Below, piece after piece: positions 12,133-24,917 of a DNA stretch of 64,000 bases (position 1 is its first letter; each line of letters begins with the position of its first letter). The notes under the pieces are model-generated. The model was not told where the DNA came from and did not search any database. It worked only from the letters and a program-made list of their open reading frames with translations. Origin of the DNA: Convolutriloba macropyga (taxonomy: Eukaryota); contig NC_134473.1 of NCBI RefSeq assembly GCF_964194025.1, positions 27,404,001 to 27,468,000 on the forward strand, in the 5' to 3' direction. The position numbers were made by a program, and so were the translations under genes.

Positions 12133-14116
12133 TAATAGCCGCACAGCGATAGCTGGGGCTATTATTGGCCTTCTCTTGGTTTTTAATAGCGGCACAGCGA
12201 TAGCTGGCCTTCTCTTGGCTTTTTACAATTCAAAGAGTTTGGATTGTATTGAGGCGCTGTTTTTTCTTAAGATGTGTTCGCACATTTTTCAATGACTTTG
12301 ATCTATCAAAACGCGATAAACAGGTAAAGCCCAGCGGGAGTTAAGTTTCATTAGAGGCGCAAAGTGGGCATCAGTAGTCCTTGAAATGCTTAGAGTGGTG
12401 CAGCTGCTGGGATAGCCTTAATTTAAGGTTAAAAGGCCAATTTTAGGAGTTTTGGTCTCAAAATGGTGCAATTTTTCATGTTTTTTGTGATTTTGAGTTT
12501 TTTTTACTTGATTAGTCTTAGGTTGAAGTTTTTGAAAGTTGACGAAGGCCTTTTGCGAGACAAATTTACTTGTTGTGACCATTTTATGAGCTATCTGTTT
12601 TTGTACTACAAATAAAAACACGCAAAATGATACTATTTTTTGCTCTTTTTTTCAAGTTTTTTGAAAATTGTCATTTTTTGATGTTTTTCAGCTTCAGGAG
12701 CCGGGAAATCTCCTTTGAGTTTTGATAATAGAGCACTGCATAGTTTCTAGTAATAATATGTTGGTTTTAGCATTTAAATGTCTCGAATTTCTGCATTTTT
12801 TGATAAATTTTTTTAAGGTTTCCTAAAGTTTTGGTCAATTTTTGATATTTGTCCAATCTCAAGTGCCAGAAAACATATTTCACGGTCTGATAAAAAGTTA
12901 CTGCATAGTTTTTAATTTCAATGGATTTGTTTTCAACAATTTAACTTTTCGATTATTGGAAATTTTTTTATAAAATTTGCAATTTTTTTTTCAATTTTTC
13001 AATTTGTCTTTCAATTTTTCAAAACATTTGTCTTTTATTCAGTTTTTCTTGCCTCAGTAACCAGGTAATCTTGTCCAGGGTTTGATAATATGTTATTAAA
13101 TATTGCTAGGGGTCAATTGAACGGGTTTCAACATTTTAATAGATTGAATTCCTATTTGAAATTTGAGATTTTTTTCTAAAAATTATTGCCTATTGATCTT
13201 TGGGCCCATAAAGGCTTGGAATTGGGTTAATGAATAGCCTGTAGATACACAGAAATGATTCTGAAGTTATTAATATCACGATTTTTGGCAACATTTCATT
13301 AAAATTCGCAATTGGTTTTAAAAATTTTTGGTCACTTTTGAAGTAATCGATCTTCAAGGGCCAATGAATTTTTTCCAGTTCATGCAGATTTAATTCTGGC
13401 CCGATTTCAGAAACGAAAATTGGTTTTAAACATGTTTTTGAAATAGGAATTTATAAAGAGATGAAATTTTGCCTAAGGGATAAAAGCTTCAAGAGTTTCA
13501 GCAATGAGTATATTTTTGTTTAGTTTGTTTGATTGTTTAGTTTCTCAATTTTTTGAGATGAATTTGTTTGTGTTTTGGCTGGCATTGTTCAATTGATCTG
13601 CTGGTCAGATTAAGTACTTCTTAAGTTTTTCATTCAATTCTTCGAATTGTATTTCAGAACTTGTCCTACTATGTTTTTTATTTCGTCGTCGCGATTTTTG
13701 TTACGACCATATGACGTCGCAAACACTTAAATCTGTTTTTTGTTCATTCGTTCATGCAATTTTAACTGACTTCATTTTTCGCTCTTAGTACAGCGAGTTT
13801 TTTGTTCTTTCGTGTGACTAAATTTTCAGTCACACTTGACTTACCTCACTCACAAAAATGACTTCCTCTCTTTGAAATTGACTTTTCTTTACTTTAATTC
13901 AAAGAGATAAAGTCAAATAGGTATGGTCACTAAATGTAGGTTATTAGAGAGCGGCTAATAGAGGCAGCAAAAACTTATACAGATTTTTAATCAAAATGTA
14001 ATGTATCTGCCTTCAATGAAAAGACGAATTTTTTTGGTTGGTCTTTTTAACTCTTTTTTAGACTGCAGATCTACGAAGCTATTGCGGCTATTTTCTGGCA
14101 ATCTGCCAGCTATGTT
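12133..14116 (+). mobile_element. HINE/Helentron-like copy (~2 kb) with duplicated 5' end, degenerate ~180-bp internal repeats and a nested family-B fragment
   Basis: 5' TAATAGCCGCACAGCGATAGCTGGGGCTATTA; 3' TGCGGCTATTTTCTGGCAATCTGCCAGCTATGTT. Confidence 0.8.
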
Positions 14117-14378
14117 ATATCTGTTTTCAAAATTTATTCATTTCTCGGTCACCTGCAAACCACTCAATCCACTCAACCGGATTCTGCTGTCTAGACGTAG
14201 GTTCACGGTTAAAAGCGCTTCATGTTAACTTATGGTCCGCCACCTTCTTTTTGACCCCCTTCTTCTCTCCTCTCACCCACGCTAGTCTGCTTAAGCTTAA
14301 GGTAGCTACAAAAAGCAATCCCACCCCAGTTGTTTGAAGCAGTTCGTCAGACGCTAGTCGGTTATGTCTTTATCCTAT

Positions 14379-15265
14379 TAATAGCCGCCTCATCTTCGCC
14401 TATTCAGCCGGCTTTTTTTACAATTCAAAGAATTTGAATCGTATTGGGGTGCTTTCTTTTTTTAAGATCTGTTCACACATTTTAATGATTTTTGAAGTCA
14501 AATTGGAGTAGTGATTTTGGTCACGCCGAAACAGGAAGTGGAGCGAAAAGGCGAGTTGTTTTGCGGCGTGAAATTTTTTCGCTCTAAATTTAAAGTAGAG
14601 TGAGAAAACTGTTTTTGAACAAAATTTTCGCTTTCTCGCTAGTGGTTTTTTGTTCGCATTCGGCAATTTTACTTCGATTTTTACTGTTTTTTTCGATTTT
14701 TTGGATCGGATTTTTTTCTAAGTGGTTTTCCCAATCCAATCATATTCCGTACTAGGTCTAGCTTTTTGTTTAGTCAATGAAAAATTTTTGAATTGTGCGT
14801 CAGGACTTGTCCTATGTTTTTTTTTCGCGATTTTATTACGACCATATGGCGTCACAACCACTTCAAATCGCTTTTTATTCATTTGTTCATGCAATTTCAG
14901 CTGAAGTGCGTTCGTGACGTCATTTTCCGCTCTTAGTAGAGCGAGTTTTTTGTTCTTTCGCGTGACTAAGTTTTCAGTCACACTTGACTTACCTCACTCA
15001 CAAAAATGACTTCCTCTCTTTGAAATTGACTTTTATTTACTTTAGTTCAAAGAGATAAAGTCAAATAGCTATGGTCACTAAATGAAGGTTATTAGAGAGC
15101 GGCTAATAGAGGCAGCAAAAACTTTTACAGATTTTTAATCAAAATATAACATATCTGCCTTCAATGAAAAGACGAATTTTTTGGTCTGTCTTTTTTACTG
15201 TCTTTTTGAGACTGCAGATCTACGAAGCTATTGCGGCTATATTCTGGCTATCTTCCAGCAATGTT
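14379..15265 (+). mobile_element. HINE/Helentron-like copy (~0.9 kb)
   Basis: 5' TAATAGCCGC; body colinear with 20218-21280; 3' TGCGGCTATATTCTGGCTATCTTCCAGCAATGTT. Confidence 0.8.
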
Positions 15266-16885
15266 TCAAATCGAAGGGCTAGAATTTTTGACCACGTTTT
15301 AGTGACTCTTACCTATCTAACATATCTACGTCCCTCACTGACCGACATTTCTAAAAATTGGTTGTTTCTACTTTTGTATTGCCTTGTCTGTACTTCTTTG
15401 AAAGAAATAGCTTGTACAGCTTTTCGAGTCGTTCCCGTTATGATACAGTATCATTTTTAGCTAAAGCATTTTTTCACGACTTGTATTTTGGCTTTTGTTT
15501 TCTAGCATTGACTTCTGTTTTAGAATTTTGACTTCTGTTTTTGGACATAGGACTAATACATAGTGATTAGGTACTGCTGGCAATGTTCAAGATCTGAGTG
15601 CTATTGATATGCGGCATATCTTCTGGCCTGTGATTGAACTCATCGACGGGCAGCTAATTTTTTTTTACTTTGACACTTTGTTTTCATTAAATTTTATTGA
15701 AAATATGATTTTTGCCCCTTTTTGGAAATATTTTGTTTTCTTCTAACCTAATATCATTAATGATGGTATTCTTGGTTGCTATTGAGTGATAAATGAAGTT
15801 AATTAAGTGTCTTTTTTTGAGTTTATGGCAAATGGTTTTCAATACTTTGACACTATTTCTTAAAATGTTTTAAGCTCGAGTCTTTTTTAGTATTTGTTAG
15901 TATTAGTATTAGGGTATTTAGAGTATTTATTGTTTTTGCGGTTTTTAGAGTATTTATTTTGTTTAGAGTTGTCCTATCGTTGAATCTCATTAAAGACAGG
16001 TCTCATAGGCCGCTGTTATAATTTATTTTAATCGATTAATTTGCAAAAGGTCTAAGCGATTTCTTTATGAATTTGACTTTCATTCTTGAATTCAAGAAAT
16101 ATTATCGAGCGTACTTTTTGTCGATTTATCGGCTCAATTTTTCAGCTAATGGTTTCATTCACTGATTTACCGTTTGGTTTTGAAAGGTTTAAATGAATTC
16201 GTGAGTCTTGCCATTATTTGTAGTTCCTTTGTCACTTTTTCAGCAATCTGAAGTGCTGAGAAGTATTTCTTCACTTTAAAAATGTTAAGATATGATATAT
16301 TTGAGGAATTTGGCTTGTAGTTATGAAGTTTTCTTAGTTTGGCGTCTTTGGTTTTAAACGTTTCTGATTTGTCCCTATTTTCTTCAGTTTTTTGGTTTGT
16401 TTTTGCTTTGTCTGTCATTTTGCTTTGTCTTCGCACAAGGTTATTGTATTATGTACTCATTGTAAGGACTACTAGAGTCAATAATTAATTGCTCTTGAGC
16501 TAAGTTCGTAGAAAATATTGTAAACATGTGTGTCTTTTATATGGAAAATTTTCGCTTGACAGTTTTGACTCTTCGAGTGACTTCCACGCCCTTGACTTTT
16601 TGCGTTTCGGTTGATCTAAAATTCTCTCTCAATCACAATTTCAAGCAACTAAACTCAATAGGCGGCAATTCAGTACTAAAATTCAAATGAAAAGTGCGCC
16701 GAAACAAGTGCCATTTTTCACTTTAAATCTTTATAGTGGTATATGTTAACCTCTAATGTTGTTATTTGAAGCCCACTTCTTAGTCCATTTAGCCCCTGAC
16801 CCCACCCCCGACTGAAGCAGGCTGCAATTGGTTAGAGCTCCCACTAGTCGTTCGAGAGCAATTCTTCCGATGTTTAGTCGGTTAT

Positions 16886-17387
16886 TAATAGCCGCACAGC
16901 GATAGCTGGGGCTATTATTGGCCTTCTCTTGGTTTTTTTTTATTTCGTCGTCATGATTTTTGTTACGACCATATGACGTCACAGCCATTTTTTATTCATT
17001 CGTTCATGCAATTTCAACTGAATTGCATGTGTGACGTCATTTTTTGCTCTTAGTGGAGCGAGTTTTTTTGTTCATGCGCGTGATTAAATTTTTGGTCACA
17101 CTTGACTTACCTCACTCTCAAAAATGACTTCCTCAATTTGAAATTGAATTTTATTTACTTTAATTCAAAGAGATAAGGTCAAATGGGTGTGTGTCACTCT
17201 AAATGAAGGTTATTTGAGATCAGCTAATAGAGGCAGCAATAAATTATACAGATTTTCAATCAAATTATAACAGATCAGCCTTCAATGAAAAGAAAAATTT
17301 TTTTGGTCGGTTTTTTTTTACTGTTTTTTTAGACTGCCGATCTACAAATCTATTGCGGCTATTTTCTGGCAATCTGCCAGCTATGTT
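16886..17387 (+). mobile_element. HINE/Helentron-like copy, internally deleted (~0.5 kb)
   Basis: Both termini identical to those of the 20218 copy; 5' end joined at a poly-T run to the 3' half. Confidence 0.85.
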
Positions 17388-18223
17388 GTTTTCAAAGTGA
17401 TGCTATTATTAGGAATTCTCAAAGCACTAGATTTTAGAAAAAGAAATTGTCTTTGTTTGGATTTTCATTTTTGCGCATATAAGGCGAGGGCTTTGTTGAC
17501 TTAGATTGATGTTGCTTTAAAATGTTAAGTGTAAGGTCATCAGTCCAGTCAATTTTTTGAATTGTTATTTAGGACATGTCTTGAGTGCTTCTAATGTGAT
17601 TCACAATTTTACGTGCGCTTTTTTACAAATTCTTGAATTTACCAACGGGTAGCTAATGTTTGTTATCACGGACACAATTTGTGGCCAAGAATTATTAGTG
17701 AATACTTCATTTTTCGCCTATTTTTTTCTTGTTGTCTCGTTACTTAATATCCTTAATGAAATTCTGGTTTGTTGCTACTGAGGATTAAATGAAAATAATC
17801 ATTGGTTCGATTTAACAGCTACTGTTTTCATGTCTCTGAATTTCAGTGAATTTTTGAGGTTTTGCTACTGTTTCTACTTTTTGTTGTCTTATCTTTTTGT
17901 TTCTATAGGACACTAATTGGGGTTATGTTGATCGGTTTATCTTTCTCTGTTCAATTGTAATGCTTTCTATGACTTTAATTATAAATTTCAGGAAATTTTA
18001 TCGAATTTTGCAAGTTTTTATCCGGTACTGTTTTGACTTATCGCTTAGTCCTAGTAATGATAGATATCATGGTTTCTATCGATCAATATGTTAATAGAAA
18101 TGTTTTTTTTCTAAGCGTTGCTTATGATGCCTGTGATTTGTTAATTATTTGTTAAAAATTTTGACACTTGGAAAGAATAAAAATTGTTTCTTTAGTTTTG
18201 CATGTTTTGTTTTGCTGATTTTG

Positions 18224-18282
18224 TTGTTCTTGTTGGTCTTGTCGCTTAGTCTTTTGTTCTTGTTGGTCTTATCGCTTAGTCT
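18224..18282. repeat. 30-bp tandem duplication
   Basis: TTGTTCTTGTTGGTCTTRTCGCTTAGTCTT twice. Confidence 0.85.
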
Positions 18283-18879
18283 TAATAACAGCTCTCCTGT
18301 GCCTTCTTGTGTGGCGTGCATGTGGTCAAACTCATAGCTCCAGTTTATAGCTAACATTTTTATTGACTGAGATACCGTTCGTTTTCGAAATAAGCGTGTG
18401 AGTTTTTGAAACTTGCCTTCATCCGTAGTTCTATTGCCACTTTTTCTGAGATCTGAACTGCTGAGAATTATTATTTATTTCACTTTCAAATTTTATTCTT
18501 TTCTGTGGTTAAGGAATTGGGCATATTGATATGTCGTTTTTGTACTTTGAGGCCACTGACTTTCAAAATTTTTTGTAAAATTGATTTTTGCAGTTTCTTG
18601 AGTTTTGCCTCCTTTTGGTTTATCATTTATTATCACAGGGTTGTTTTTTGCACTTTATGTAGGGTTGGGTAGAGTCATTTTTTCAATAAATTGGTGTTTA
18701 TAATAATGATTCTTAAAACACTAGATCTTTGAGACATAAATCTTCAAATAGTTTGATGTATGATTTTGCGCATTTGTATGTTTTTGCGCATGGGTGATGG
18801 GTTTTTATGACTGTGTTCGTTTGGTGTTAATGTAAAAATGTTAATTGTCAGGTCATTAGTTAATTCAATTCTTTGGATT

Positions 18880-19350
18880 AGTGCAGGATTTGTCCTGCTA
18901 TGTATTTTTGTTTTGTCAAGATTTTTGTTGCGACCAAGACGTCACAATGCTTTAAAATCTGCTTTTTGTTCATGCAATTTCACCTGTATTGTGTGCGTGA
19001 CATCATTTTTCACTCTTTGTGGAGCGAGTTTTGTTCATTCGCGTGATGGAGTTTTTGGTCACACGTGACTTGCTTCACTCTCAAAAATGACTTCATGACT
19101 CTAAAATTGACTTTTCTTTACTTTAATTCAAAGAGATAAGGTCAAATGAGTTTGTATCACTCTAATTGAAAGTTATTTGAGAGCAGCTAATAGAAGCAGC
19201 TATAAGTTATACAGATTTTTAGAATCAAAATTTAACATCCCAGCATTCAATTAATTAAATGATTTTGGCCTGTTTCTTTGACTATCTTTTTTGAGACTGC
19301 AGATCTACGAAGCTATTGTGGCTATTTTTGGACAATATGTCAGCTATTTT
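18880..19350 (+). mobile_element. Older diverged HINE 3' portion containing the left breakpoint of the triplication
   Basis: Colinear with the HINE 3' half; decayed end TGTGGCTATTTTTGGACAATATGTCAGCTATTTT. Confidence 0.75.
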
Positions 19351-19734
19351 TATGTAATTGCAAGTGTTCTGTTGTAAAGAGTGTTTTTTTTTGGGGGGGG
19401 TACTAACGGATAGATCCGAAACTTGATAGTCTTAATTTGAGATTAATGAAAGAACAGTTTGCATCCTCGTGACGTACATTACACGTCTTGCGTTATCGTT
19501 TAATTCCTGTTATGGTGGTCCGACTTAAGCATTTCACAATTTATGTTAATTTTGTAAGGCTGTTAAACTTTTTGTAATATGCTAGTTTTATGCTTCTGTT
19601 TCCAAGTGCGATAACAAAAAGTTTGCTGCTTTCTGTTTAGAATATACAAGAGTTCCGGTTTTAGTGATGTACACGCGAATTGTCATCCTTCATTGACTGT
19701 TTTGTTAGAGAGATATGATTATGAACATTTTTAG

Positions 19735-19968
19735 GTGGCTTTATCAACTTTGCGATCTTCCAGCTGTACGAGGACAAGTCGCTTGAAGACGCTCTGAAGA
19801 TGTTCGTGCGGATGCTCCTGTCCATGTCTGCCTCCAACTTCCTACAGTATCCCAAACTGAGTCTCAACTACTACAACCTGTTGGAAGTACTCAGTGGTGA
19901 CCACATCTACTTCCTAGCCAATCTGGACATCGATGTGTTCATATTCATACTACGCACTGTCGCCGAGG
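19735..19968 (+). CDS. XPO7: Exportin-7 exon 6
   Basis: tttag|GT GGC gives GGFINFAIFQLYEDKSLEDALKMF...YPKLSLNYYNLLEVL...VAE G|gtaagg. Confidence 0.95.
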
Positions 19969-20216
19969 GTAAGGACGGACTGACGACCCTTACATTGATT
20001 ACTATGTACTTAAACAAAGTTTTACTATTAACGTTGAAAACAACCTTGAAAACTGTTGACGTTGAAAGCAACCGAGTGTTTAAGAAATCGAGCGAAAGCA
20101 AGCAATTCCGTCTTACAACCCTTAAACATTCTTGGAACTTCTGTATCAAGTTGATAACTGAACGTTAGTCACCTCGAATACTTGTACCTATATAACTAAG
20201 CACATCATTTGTTTAT

Positions 20217-21281
20217 TAATAGCCGCACAGCGATAGCTGGGGCTATTATTGGCCTTCTCTTGGTTTTTTTTACAATTCAAAGAATTTGAATTGTATTGGG
20301 GCGCTGTCTTTTTTTTTTTTTTTTTAAGATCTGTTCACACATTTTCATGATTTTTGAAGTCAAATTGGAGTAGTGATTTTGGTCACGCCGAAACAGGAAA
20401 TGGAGCGAAAAAGCAAGTGGTTTTGCGGCGTGAATTTTTTTCGCTCTAATTTTAAAGTAGAGTGAGAAAATGGTGTTTGAACAAGAATTCGATTTCTCGG
20501 TAGTGGTTTTTTTGTTCACATGCGGCAATTCCACTCTGATTTTTACTGTTTTTTCGATTTTTTGGATCGGATTTTTTTCTAAATGGTTTTCCCAATCCAT
20601 TCACAGCTCATTCTAGGCCTAGTTTTTTGTTTGAATTGAGTTTTCATTTCTCGCTAGTGGTTTTTTGTTCACATGCGGCATTTTGACATTGATTTTCTGT
20701 TTTTTTTCCTATTTTTTATCTTATTTTTTTAAAATGGTTTTCTCAATTCACTCATAGTCCATTCTTGGTCTAGTTTTTCTGTTTAGTCAATGAAAATTTT
20801 TTGAATTGTACGTCAGGACTTGTCCTGCTATGTTTTTTATTTCGTCGTCATGATTTTTGTTACGACCATATGACGTCACAGCCACTTTTTGTTCATTCGT
20901 TCATGCAATTTCAACTGAATTGCATATGTGACGTCATTATTCGCTCTTAGTGGAGCGAGTTTTTTGTTCATGCGCGTGATTAAATTTTTGGTCACACTTG
21001 ACTTACCTCACTCTCAAAAATGACTTCCTCAATTTGAAATTGACTTTTATTTACTTTTATTCAAAGAGATAAGGTCAAATGGGTGTGTGTCACTCTAAAT
21101 GAAGGTTATTTGAGATCAGCTAATAGAGGCAGCGATAACTTATAGATTTTTGATCAAAGTATAACAGATCAGCCTTCAATGGAAAGACGAATTTTTTTGG
21201 TCTGTCTTTTTACTGTTTTTTTTTAGACTGCCGATCCACGAATCTATTGCGGCTATTTTCTGGCAATCTGCCAGCTATGTT
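20217..21281 (+). mobile_element. Full-length young HINE/Helentron-like element inserted at TT, with two ~155-bp internal repeats
   Basis: Absent at the paralogous sites in units 2 and 3 (GTTTATTGAACC); subterminal IRs AATAGCCGCA/TGCGGCTATT; 3' hairpin CTGGCA-ATC-TGCCAG. Confidence 0.9.
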
Positions 21282-21509
21282 TGAACCTTTCAAATCTAAA
21301 TTTAAGTTATGCTTAGTGCGGCAGGCATTTAAATCATGTAGAGTACCGCCTGTGAAAGGAGAAAGTGGTTCAACATTTCATCATAAATTATTTAGCAAAT
21401 ATTTTGCGGGCGTTATAAGTACTCGAAGATCACCACTGTGTCCTTGATAGAATGTGAAGCAGTGATGATGCATTCCGAATCAGCTGCTTTTTATGTCTCT
21501 TTTTTTCAG

Positions 21510-22018
21510 GGCTGGTGTCGGTAGATTCCACAATCAGCACTTCTTGTTGCTGCACCTTAGATCAACTCATTACTTTCATGTACAAGAAGTTCAGCAAGCA
21601 GAAGAAGAACAAGAACAGTCTCGAACCACCGGTCAGTGCTCAATTCCTACAAGTCACAGAGACTCATGGCGAACTCTTTGACCAAATGCTGGTTACAATG
21701 CTTTCTACCGTGATCTACGACGACTTACGTAATCAGTGGTCACTTTCGCGGCCTCTGATCGGTCTGATATTGCTCAGAGTGACGTCATTTGAACGGTTCC
21801 GGCTTGAACAGATTCAGTCACAACAGGACGAGAAACGTGCAGCTGGTGTGACTCAAGCTTTCAACAGCTTGATGGAAGGAATTGAGAGAAATCTAAGTAA
21901 TAAAAATAAAGATAAATTTACGCAGAATGTGGCAGTGTTCAGACGAGACATTAGCGAAGCTTTGAGAAGCAGTAAAGATCAAAACGGAGTCGCGGCTTCA
22001 GGCGATGATATGATATAA
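21510..22018 (+). CDS. XPO7: Exportin-7 exon 7 (terminal); spliced CDS 3276 nt = 1091 aa
   Basis: tttcag|GG CTG; CCCTLDQLIT, RNQWSLSRPLIGLIL, LMEGIERNLSNKNKDKFTQN, then TAA; all seven exon phases join into one ORF. Confidence 0.95.
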
Positions 22019-22561
22019 TTGGAGTTACAGTCAAGTTGTATACGTTTAAATGATGAAAGCTATTAAACTTGTATATAAATTCAAAAGTGCAAATTTTAAA
22101 TCAATCGACATTTTTTCAAAGCCAATTACCCGAAATTTAACTACGATTTTTGAATTTTGCTAAGATTGTTATAATGGTAATTGAGATAAACGAAGATGTA
22201 ATTGCAAATTTTTCTAAATGGTCTAAAGTATTAATTGGGCAATCGAGTCCCATTTTTTAAGCCAGTTTTCGGAGGTTTTCAGAAGTAGTCGATTGAAGTT
22301 TGCACTAATGATAATAGTCACCTGGTTGTGCGAACTGCAGCTCTTTAATAGATGTATTTGGATATTGTTGTGAGCAGTCGTAACTCAGACACTTTTTGCA
22401 GCTCGCTCTGCTCTGCTTTATTTGATATGTGATGTTTGATATGATACATAAACTGATATGAAAGATAATGAGTGAGTAAATGAGCGAAACACGCTGACGC
22501 TTTCCTTTGAGTCTTCTCTCTCTGATTTACTATTTACATTATTTACATTTTGCAATATATT

Positions 22562-24866
22562 CTAATTACTCGATAACTCTCTACGAACCACTGGGAAAGT
22601 CGCGAACTTTTTGGAGCTGAAACTTTTGATGGCGAGGCTTTTAGTTGTTACGGCTCTTGCAGTTTCTAGCTCCTGGACAGACAACAGGTTAATAGACTGT
22701 TTTTTTTCTATTTCATCTGAGTGAATCGGTATCTGATATGCTTTGACCAAGTCAAGTATGCTGAATTTTTTTGCCATTAATTTCAACCATTGAAAGTTGA
22801 GGCATTGGATAACTATCTCTGACAGTTATGTAATTTAGAGATTGTTAGTCACCGCAGGGACTCCAATCGCCTATTTCTTTCTTCGGCACCATATGCAAAG
22901 GTGATGAATAAGGACTCTTAGATGACTGTATTGTACCAAGTCGTTGCATTTCATCAAAGGCATTTTTGGCAATTTTTAGTTTTCTGGAGTCAACTGTCTT
23001 AGTTTAGAGAAAACTTTGTTTCCCGGATGCTTCAATTATGTGGAATGTTCTGCTTCGGCATCAAAATCAACGTCACCAAAAACATCAGAACATTTTTCCA
23101 TGATTGCCCTTCTATCATTTTCAATTGACGAAAAGTCTTTGTACGGACTGATAAATGACTGTCTTCAACTGGTGGTAAAGAGTGTCTCGTAGAAAGACCT
23201 GTTATGTTGTCAGTTAAGAACAGGTTATCACAATTAATTGTAATTTTGAATTCATTCAGGAAGTCTAAGCCAAGAATATTGTCTTTGACATCTGCTAAAA
23301 AGAATGTGAATGGAAATGTTCTTCGCAAAGAAGGAATCGAAATTGATAACGGCATTCTGCCAAAAAATTTTAATTGAATCTCCATTAACTGTTCTACGTT
23401 TTGTTACAGTAGGTGTTACGAAGTCTTTGTTAACAAAAGTTGGCATAAGTATTGATGTCATTGAGCATGTGTCTGCTATGAGATCAATTGAATTGTCTCC
23501 TAATTTAGCGGCTATATGAATGCAGAGGTTACCCGCAGAGGTTACCGCGCACAAACTAGGGGTTACTAGTTTGATGGATTTGCTAGAGTTTGCGCGAGAT
23601 GTTTGCTCTATGTTTTTGGGCTTCTGTCGTGGCCGCTGACACCATGCTTTAAATTATTTTGCTTTCTCAGCAGAATAGAGATGATAGCAACAAACTTTTG
23701 GTCTTTGACCTGCTGTGAAAGGTCTATGTATATTTTCGATTGATCTGTTTGACTTTTTTTGTTTACTGATTGGTTATTTTGCGTTGAATGAGGATTGTAC
23801 AATGGTCTTGTTGGCATCTGCTGTGTAGAGGCTGCAACTACGTTTGAAGTACTTGTGGCAACTACAGTGTTTGAGTAGCTATAAATGGTATCGGCTTATT
23901 TTGCAAATTGTTCAACAGGAAGTTCTAGGTGGGCTGAGAGTGCCGTTTACACAGAAACTGGCATTACTTGCGTTAACCTGTGCTTTATGACATCTTCATC
24001 TAACGTCAAGTTACATTCAGCAAGCTTTCGTTGAATTCTCATCAAGCACAATGAAGTCTTTTGACCGTCCAATGCAATCATTCCCATGGCTTCTTCAACC
24101 ATTTCTTGTTTTGACTCCTGAACAATGCCGCAGATATTATGTTTGATGTCTCTACAATTCGCTATGCCCAATGGAAGATTGATTGCAACGTCTTCAGGAA
24201 TTGCAGCAAGTATGTGATGAAATTTTGTCTCATCATTTGTTATTCCGGCAGGGACAAATTGAGATTACATTTGACGGAACCATACTCCGGGAATTGACCT
24301 GGAGAAAACAGAAGTTTTTCACAGAAACTCCTCAACGTAGCCACCTGAAGCTAAATGTTGTTGAGCAAGCAACAATTTTGGATCTATCGCTCCAGCTAGA
24401 GTTTGGTATCCTGATGGAAATTTTCCCACAAAACCTGAACCTACAGGGTCACCTGAACCTGCACCTGTACCCGTCATACCAATACCTGTTATTACCCCAA
24501 CCTGTACCTACCAAACCCTGACCAGTACCTACCAAACCCTGACCAGTGCCTACCGAAACCAAACCCGAATCTACCGTACCCAAACCCCCCAAACCTGTAC
24601 CTACCGGGCTACCCCTCGAACCATCCATCACCGTAAAACCAGTAATGGGAAAAAATAACGGGGCCCCGGAAAAGAAACAAATTTAAGAAGTCGAGCAAAG
24701 GTAAAGTTCTCGAATTTTGTTGTAAAACGATTAAATTTCATTATCGTGAAGGAAAAAAAAGTTATTTAGCTTCCGTGTTAGGCGTATATTAACAGTTAAG
24801 GATCACCATTGTAGGAGTGAGGAATCCTAACTTAATATTTAAATACGCCTTTCCCTTTAAAACAAT

Positions 24867-24917
<51 letters not shown>

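Noticed and set aside
19969-20168. ORF tails past splice donors (also 10359-10509, 55043-55118, 62936-63127)
   Set aside because: Read-through into introns; protein similarity stops at canonical GT donors
22320-22560. LTR-like stretch at the left end of the Gypsy relic
   Set aside because: It does not match the candidate 5' LTR (24810-25002) and no TSD is identifiable
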